Positions 24,714 through 29,897 of a stretch of 29,897 bases of DNA are shown here, in pieces. The notes below the pieces were generated by a model. The model was not told the DNA's origin and made no database searches. It worked only from the letters and a program-made list of their open reading frames with translations. Positions within the stretch are counted from its first letter, which is position 1; every line of letters starts with the position of its first letter. Both the position numbers and the translations under genes were made by a program. The DNA is from a virus (lineage: Duplodnaviria > Caudoviricetes), in IMG/VR virus record IMGVR_UViG_3300032321_000919, positions 1-29,897 of that record, one strand, 5' to 3'.

Positions 24714-24986
24714 ATGCACGCTCTGTGGCACTGGATTCTGTACGTGCTGGCGTGGGCGTCTCACGACCCGTCGAGCATCGCCGCCGAGCGTGTTCGAGCT
24801 GCTGGCTGCGTGACCGTGGCGTATGCGTCTCTGGCACAGGAACCCGTCCGCGAGCCCGAGAAGCCAGCCGCGCCGGCCGCCTGCCCCTGCGACGGCAAGG
24901 GCTACACGACGCGGCCTGACGGCTCACGGTGGGCTTGCAAGTGCGGCGCGTGCCACGAAGGCAAGTGCAAAAAAAATCTACCGTAG
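24714..24986 (+). CDS. Small exported Cys-rich protein
   Basis: Hydrophobic N-terminus; CPCDGKG...DG...CKC..C. Confidence 0.7.
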   Translation: MHALWHWILYVLAWASHDPSSIAAERVRAAGCVTVAYASLAQEPVREPEKPAAPAACPCDGKGYTTRPDGSRWACKCGACHEGKCKKNLP

Positions 24987-25069
24987 AACGGGCCAACTTC
25001 GACGGCCAGCCGAGACCGGGGAAAGTGTGCGAGTCGTTCACGACACCGCCCCACATTCCCGAGGACACA

Positions 25070-26290
25070 ATGAACAAGCTCCGCCTTGCCCAGGACGAGA
25101 TCGCCACCCTGATCCCGCAGATCGAGAACCTGCGGAACGTTGACCCCAACGACGACAAGGACGGCGCTGCGGCGGCCGCCCTGGAAAGGGCCATGCAGCG
25201 AGCCGACGAGCTCAACCTGGTCGTCGAGCGTGAGCTCGCGATCGAGGCGCGTCTCTCGGCGGCCCGCTCCAAGCTGACCAACGTTTCCGACAGCGAGCCC
25301 AGGGCAGCGGTCGAGAAGGGTGAAGCGACCGGCGACCGTGCCGACATCCGATCGGGCGTCAAGGCGTTCAGCTCGTCCAAGGCGGCCGCCCTGGTTGGCG
25401 GCTACCTCCGGCAGCTCTACACCGGCGAGATCCGGGCAATGGGCGAGACCAGCTCGACCTACGACGCCAAGGGTGCCGAGTACGTGATCGGCGAGCTCTA
25501 CAACGCCATTGTCAATCGGCTGCAGTACGCGTCGGTCGGCCTTCAGCTCGCGACCGTCGTTCGGCCCGCCGGTGCCAAGATCAGCTTCCCCAAGGTCGGC
25601 GACGCCACGGCTTCGTTCGTCGGTGAAGGCTCCGCGACGACCGATCAGGATCTCTCGACCAGCGTGTCGGACTTGACCCTCTACGAGATGCGTGCCAGCG
25701 TGGCCGTGTCTCGCGGCCTGCTCGAGGACTCGCCGATCGATGTGGCCGGCCTCGTGGCCGAGCGGTTCGCTCTGTCCTACGCCCAGAAGTTCGACGGCGT
25801 CTGGCTTGGCGGCAACTCGTCCAGCCCGACCATCACCGGCCTCGCCGGTGCGGTGGCGGCCGGAAACACCATCACCGTGGCAGCCAACGCGGCAACGTCG
25901 CTCAACAACCTGGCCGACGTCGTCGGCAAGGTCGACGAGACGATCATGGGAACGGCTTCGTGGGTGGTCAGCCGTGCCGGCTTCGTCGACCTGATGAAGA
26001 TCTGGTCGGCCCAGCAGACGACCATGACGGTCGGCGGCGGCCGCGTGGTGCCCACCGTGTTCGGTGCTCCGGTCTACATCGTCAAGGGTCTGCCCTCGAC
26101 GACGCTGGCCCTCTACGGCGACTTCGCCATGTCAACGGTGGTCGGCATCAAGGACACCGGCCTCGAAATCGAAGCCGGACGCGAGATCCTCATGCGGAAC
26201 CGCCAGGTGCTCTACGTGGCGAACACCCGGTTCGGCGTTGCCAATCACGCCCCCGAGTTCGTCGGCCGGCTCGCCAAGGCTGCCAGCTAA
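25070..26290 (+). CDS. Major capsid protein, HK97 fold with N-terminal delta domain
   Basis: Coiled-coil N-terminus; FVGEG, VSRGLLEDS, GAPV, YGDF, R.G motifs; GAGG RBS. Confidence 0.93.
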   Translation: MNKLRLAQDEIATLIPQIENLRNVDPNDDKDGAAAAALERAMQRADELNLVVERELAIEARLSAARSKLTNVSDSEPRAAVEKGEATGDRADIRSGVKAFSSSKAAALVGGYLRQLYTGEIRAMGETSSTYDAKGAEYVIGELYNAIVNRLQYASVGLQLATVVRPAGAKISFPKVGDATASFVGEGSATTDQDLSTSVSDLTLYEMRASVAVSRGLLEDSPIDVAGLVAERFALSYAQKFDGVWLGGNSSSPTITGLAGAVAAGNTITVAANAATSLNNLADVVGKVDETIMGTASWVVSRAGFVDLMKIWSAQQTTMTVGGGRVVPTVFGAPVYIVKGLPSTTLALYGDFAMSTVVGIKDTGLEIEAGREILMRNRQVLYVANTRFGVANHAPEFVGRLAKAAS

Positions 26291-26319
26291 CTCCCGGCAG
26301 CGTGACGTGAACAACTGAC

Positions 26320-26351
26320 GCGGCCGGTGGTGGTCACCCGCCACCGGCCGC
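26320..26351 (+). terminator. Strong hairpin after the capsid gene
   Basis: GCGGCCGGTGGTGG / CCGCCACCGGCCGC stem; weak U tract. Confidence 0.65.
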
Positions 26352-26376
26352 ATCTCTACACCTAAGGAATCGCACC

Positions 26377-26562
26377 GTGCCACTCATGAAATTTGTCCGC
26401 GACGGCTGGGGCCACAAGGCTGGCGACGTCGTCGAGAAGCTGCCCGACTTCGCCCTCTGCCTTGAGCAGGAGGGCTACGCGGTGGAAACCACCGAGGCCC
26501 CGATTGTCGAGCGTGCAGTCGCCCCTGAGCCGGAGAAGCGAACCGCGAAGCTGGAGAGGTAA
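26377..26562 (+). CDS. Small head-associated protein
   Basis: AAGGA RBS; GDVVE...L...GYA pattern typical of genes after HK97-type capsids. Confidence 0.7.
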   Translation: MPLMKFVRDGWGHKAGDVVEKLPDFALCLEQEGYAVETTEAPIVERAVAPEPEKRTAKLER

Positions 26563-26565
26563 TCC

Positions 26566-27159
26566 ATGCGTCTCCGCTCTCTGGCAGTCGCCACGCAGCC
26601 GATCGTGGAGCCGGTCTCACTGGCAATGGCCAAGGCCCATCTGTCGCTCCTGCCCGAGCAGGAGGACGACGATACGCTGATTGTGTCGATGATCGCCACG
26701 GCCCGCCGGCTGATCGAGCGGCGGCTGGGAGTGGCCCTCGCCCCGCAGCAGCTCCGGGCCAAGTTCGACGCCACCGATGGCATGGGCTGGACCCGCGGGC
26801 CTGACAACGTCGGCCCCGTGGTGCTTCGGCTGCCGGTGGTGCCAGCTCTGGCCGGCGGCAGCTACCCGGTGGCAATGGATGTCGACGGTGCGGCCGTCAG
26901 CTTGTCCACGTACACCGTCGACGCCGACGCCGGCCAGATCCGATTTTCGTCGGCTCCGCAGATGTCGGACCTGACGACGCTGACGGTCACGTATTGGGCC
27001 GGGCAGGCCACGGTCTCGCCGCAGCTCAGGACGGCCATGCTGCTGTATGTCGGGCACCTGTACGCCAACCGCGAGGCCTCATCGGCAGACAGCCCGTCTG
27101 AGGTACCGATGGCCTTCGAGACGCTCCTGGCGAGTGAGTCTGTCAGCGGGAGGTGGTAA
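26566..27159 (+). CDS. Head-tail connector (gp6-like)
   Basis: EPVSLA.AKAHL...DD.LI...I..AR; LL.VGHLYANRE. Confidence 0.9.
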   Translation: MRLRSLAVATQPIVEPVSLAMAKAHLSLLPEQEDDDTLIVSMIATARRLIERRLGVALAPQQLRAKFDATDGMGWTRGPDNVGPVVLRLPVVPALAGGSYPVAMDVDGAAVSLSTYTVDADAGQIRFSSAPQMSDLTTLTVTYWAGQATVSPQLRTAMLLYVGHLYANREASSADSPSEVPMAFETLLASESVSGRW

Positions 27160-27492
27160 TTGCCAATTCCAGCCGGCAGCCTCCGCGAGACCGTAGTAAT
27201 CGAGAAGCAGACCGAAACGCGAAACGCGTTCGGCGAGGCCACCTCAAGCTGGTCGACGCACGCGACCAGGCGGGCGGCCGTCGAGGCGATCAGCTATTCG
27301 GAGACGCAGAAGCAGAACCGCGTCGGCGGCTCGGCCACGTTTGTGGTCCGCTGCCACTACGTTGAAGGCGTCACCGGAAAGATGCGTGTGCGGTGGAAGA
27401 GCCGCGGCGATCGTTACCTCTACATCTCGTCGGTCGTTGAGATCGGCTCACGGCAAGAGCACGAGCTCACGTGTGAGGAGAAGGCGACCTGA
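27160..27492 (+). CDS. Head closure protein (SPP1 gp16-like)
   Basis: AG.LRE.V.IE......FGE...W; MRV.W; L.C.E. Confidence 0.85.
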   Translation: MPIPAGSLRETVVIEKQTETRNAFGEATSSWSTHATRRAAVEAISYSETQKQNRVGGSATFVVRCHYVEGVTGKMRVRWKSRGDRYLYISSVVEIGSRQEHELTCEEKAT

Positions 27493-27995
27493 TGCTGCTC
27501 CGATGGGAAAACAACGTAGAGCAAGAGCTCCAGGCCCTCATGGGACGGTTTGCGGCACTTCCCCGGCACATCGCCAAAAAGCACCTACAGGCAGCGATGA
27601 AGCGAACCGTGAAGGACGGCGTTCCACTCCTTCGGTCTATCACTCCGCCGCTGGGCGTCCGCCGCGGCCGCCGGCGGGCCGGGGCGTTTGTTCCGCAGAA
27701 CAAATCCACAGGCGAGCTGCGGCGGGCAGTCACGACCAAATCAAAGTACATCGGCCGCAACGCTGACGGCGTGGTCTATGGCGTGGTGGGCTACAAGGCA
27801 GGTTTTAACAGCCGGAAGGCCATATGGCTGGAGTACGGCACACGCCGCGGCATCAGGCCGCAGGAAATGATCAATCGATTCATGCAGCAATATGGCGGGC
27901 CTTCGCTGACCAAGCTGAAGAGCGAAATGCTGAACGCTCTCGACAAGGCGGCCAAAGAAGTGGCAGGCGGCAAGAACCCCGGAAAGACATTCTGA
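27492..27995 (+). CDS. HK97 gp10-like tail completion protein
   Basis: TGELRRAV, LEYGT motifs; synteny. Confidence 0.75.
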   Translation: MLLRWENNVEQELQALMGRFAALPRHIAKKHLQAAMKRTVKDGVPLLRSITPPLGVRRGRRRAGAFVPQNKSTGELRRAVTTKSKYIGRNADGVVYGVVGYKAGFNSRKAIWLEYGTRRGIRPQEMINRFMQQYGGPSLTKLKSEMLNALDKAAKEVAGGKNPGKTF

Positions 27996-28393
27996 TGGCA
28001 TATCCAGAACAGTGGCTTAAAGGTGCGATTGAGGCCGCCGGCGGCTGCCTGGCGTGGCCTATGGAGGCCCCCGAGGGCGCCGCCCTGCCCTACGTGATCT
28101 ACGGCCGCACAGCGACGCAGCGTGAGCTAACCATGCCAGCTCCGTCGCCCGTGAACGTCAACCCCTCAGCGACGTTTAGCGTGCTCATGTACGCGTCGAC
28201 TTACTCAGGCGTGAAGGCCTTGGCAGACTCCGTGCGCGTTGGGTTGCACAACTTCAACGGCACCGCCAACGGCGTGACAATTCGTCAGTGCTTCATCACC
28301 GAGGAGGCTGACGGCTCGCCGGACTACCTCGACGGTCAGGACAAGCCAACGTACACAGTCGATCACACGTACCAAATCCGCTGGGAGGAGTAA
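27995..28393 (+). CDS. Tail terminator (DUF3168-like)
   Basis: P..APEGA.LPYVIY; YA.TY...KALAD.VR; synteny. Confidence 0.8.
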   Translation: MAYPEQWLKGAIEAAGGCLAWPMEAPEGAALPYVIYGRTATQRELTMPAPSPVNVNPSATFSVLMYASTYSGVKALADSVRVGLHNFNGTANGVTIRQCFITEEADGSPDYLDGQDKPTYTVDHTYQIRWEE

Positions 28394-28396
28394 GCC

Positions 28397-28741
28397 ATGC
28401 CGGCCATTGCTGATTCGCAGGGAACGACGTTCACTTTCAACGGCGTGACGTTTGTTGCCAAGAACGTGAAGGTGAAGAGAACGCAGGCCTACGTGGACGT
28501 CACGCCACTATCGGCCGCCGCAGGCTCCACCCGCCAACTGCAGGCTGCCCCGCTCGTCGACGGTGACCAGATCACGCTCGAATACATGGGCACGACTGCA
28601 CCATCTCGCGGCACGGCTTCCGCGATCGCGTGCTCGACGCTCGGCATCAGCGGCAGCGCAGTCTGTGAGGACTTCGAGCTGACAGCGGCGGTGGGCGAGT
28701 TGATCATGGGCAATGCCACGTTCAAGCTGACCGGCACCTGA
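28397..28741 (+). CDS. Short tail tube-like protein 1
   Basis: Position after terminator; SQG..F.F.G, DVT.L, GELI...ATFK. Confidence 0.65.
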   Translation: MPAIADSQGTTFTFNGVTFVAKNVKVKRTQAYVDVTPLSAAAGSTRQLQAAPLVDGDQITLEYMGTTAPSRGTASAIACSTLGISGSAVCEDFELTAAVGELIMGNATFKLTGT

Positions 28742-28759
28742 TCGGCCGGGAGGTGACCC

Positions 28760-29152
28760 GTGCCAAACATTCCCAGCAGTCAGGGTGCCGTCCTGTCGTT
28801 CCGCGGCCAGGTGCTCGGCGTGCTGCAGAATGCCAGCCCGTCGTTTGCTGTCGGCAACAAACACGAAGTCACGAGCATCCGGTCTCCCGTGACTGGCTTT
28901 GGCCAGAACGCTCGCGTGCTCAAGCAATACAACGTGACGAGCATTGAGCCAGGCACGATCACGGCTCGTTTTCTGGGCTCGCCAGACTTGGCAAGGAACG
29001 ACCTTGGAGGACCTGGATTCCTGTCGTTCTCGTGGGGCTCCGGCGCGACTCTTAGCGGACAGGCGTTTCTCGAAACGCTCGACGCCGAGTTTGCTAAGGG
29101 CGAGTTGATCCAGTGGGCGGCTGTGTTTCAGTTCTCTGGGTTTGACGCGTAA
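28760..29152 (+). CDS. Short tail tube-like protein 2 (paralog)
   Basis: SQG..L.F.G, EVTS, EPG.IT..F.G, GELI...A.F. Confidence 0.65.
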   Translation: MPNIPSSQGAVLSFRGQVLGVLQNASPSFAVGNKHEVTSIRSPVTGFGQNARVLKQYNVTSIEPGTITARFLGSPDLARNDLGGPGFLSFSWGSGATLSGQAFLETLDAEFAKGELIQWAAVFQFSGFDA

Positions 29153-29161
29153 GGAAACAAT

Positions 29162-29506
29162 ATGGGACTGGCAGAAGACATTCTCGGCATCGACGACATC
29201 CGCGAGCCGCAGAAGCTGCACGTGAAGGCATGGGGCCGCGAGGTCTACCTCCTCGACCCGACCGCCGACATCCGCGACGAGTGGGAAATCTACTGTGCGT
29301 CCAACCAGGGCAAGCGTGCGAGCTGGCGGGCCAAGCTGGCCAGCCTGCTCCTGTGCGACGAGCAGGGCGTGCGTTTGTTCACGTCAGACGCCGACGTCGC
29401 CAAGCTCGGCAAGAAGAACGCCCGAGCCATGCACGAGATTTGGCAGGCCGGTCAGAAGCTGTTGTCGATCACCGACGCGGAGATTGAGGAACTCGAAAAA
29501 AACTGA
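29162..29506 (+). CDS. Tail assembly chaperone (lambda G-like)
   Basis: V..WG..V, LCDE.G.RLF motifs; ends EKN at the slippery site. Confidence 0.85.
   Translation: MGLAEDILGIDDIREPQKLHVKAWGREVYLLDPTADIRDEWEIYCASNQGKRASWRAKLASLLLCDEQGVRLFTSDADVAKLGKKNARAMHEIWQAGQKLLSITDAEIEELEKN
29496..29503 (+). other. -1 programmed frameshift site A AAA AAC
   Basis: GAA AAA AAC TGA; the -1 frame is open through 29829. Confidence 0.85.
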
Positions 29507-29829
29507 GGAGCCGGCCGGACGACGTGTTCGTCTACAGGCTGGCCCTCGAGCTCGGCATACCAGACCCGGAGGAATGGAAGAAGCGGCTGACGCTGCGGCA
29601 GTTGAGGAAGTGGATGGCTTATTGGCGAGTCGAGCCGTTTGGTGACCAGTGGCGGATGGCTGCCAGGACGTCGCTAACAACGGCAGCCGGAATGGGCGCG
29701 AAGCCAGACCCGGAGGCCGAGGAGCGATTCTTGCCGAGCTACCGTGACAAGCCGCAGACCGAGGAAGAACTGAAACGTGAGCTGATGAAGATCCCAGCGT
29801 TCCGAGAGCAAATGCAGAAGGGCGAATAG
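29503..29829 (+). CDS. Tail assembly chaperone frameshift extension (lambda T-like)
   Basis: LALELG...W.AY..VEPFG..W motif in the -1 frame of the chaperone. Confidence 0.8.
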   Translation: MRSRPDDVFVYRLALELGIPDPEEWKKRLTLRQLRKWMAYWRVEPFGDQWRMAARTSLTTAAGMGAKPDPEAEERFLPSYRDKPQTEEELKRELMKIPAFREQMQKGE

Positions 29830-29897
29830 TGGCAACGATTGGCAAAGTATCCGCTGTGTTCTCGGCCAACACGTCCGGCCTTAGGGCTGGCGTCAAC
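29829..29897 (+). CDS. Tape measure protein, 5' end (partial)
   Basis: GTG start: MATIGKVSAVFSANTSGLRAGVN; follows the chaperone genes. Confidence 0.75.
   Translation, partial: MATIGKVSAVFSANTSGLRAGVN

Overview
Near-complete genome of a GC-rich temperate HK97-like siphophage, read in its excised or circular form. attP is intact and the HNH-to-terS junction, where cos is expected, is continuous. The window opens in the tail-tip/fibre region and closes at the start of the tape measure gene. Gene order: Ig/FN3/LamG fibre modules; metallophosphoesterase and DUF1599-like gene; reverse-strand tyrosine integrase; attP matching the 3' half of a tRNA-Arg(ACG); small HTH regulator; early operon (Sak4-like ATPase, SSB-like protein, DUF1376 replication initiator with iterons, LexA DNA-binding-only protein, RusA); two HNH genes; terS/terL, portal and protease; a 9-gene insert with membrane proteins and a papain-like protease; capsid, head-tail and tail genes with a -1 frameshifted chaperone. 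A Planctomycetota host is my inference from the gene repertoire and is not verified. Most notable signal: many early and middle gene ribosome-binding sites sit in C-ANGGAN-G hairpin loops (the CsrA/RsmA recognition consensus), and a ~110-nt GGA-hairpin array with a terminator, resembling a CsrB/RsmZ sponge RNA, is embedded in the early operon. No classical CI repressor is visible. Together these suggest a lysis/lysogeny switch wired to host CsrA.
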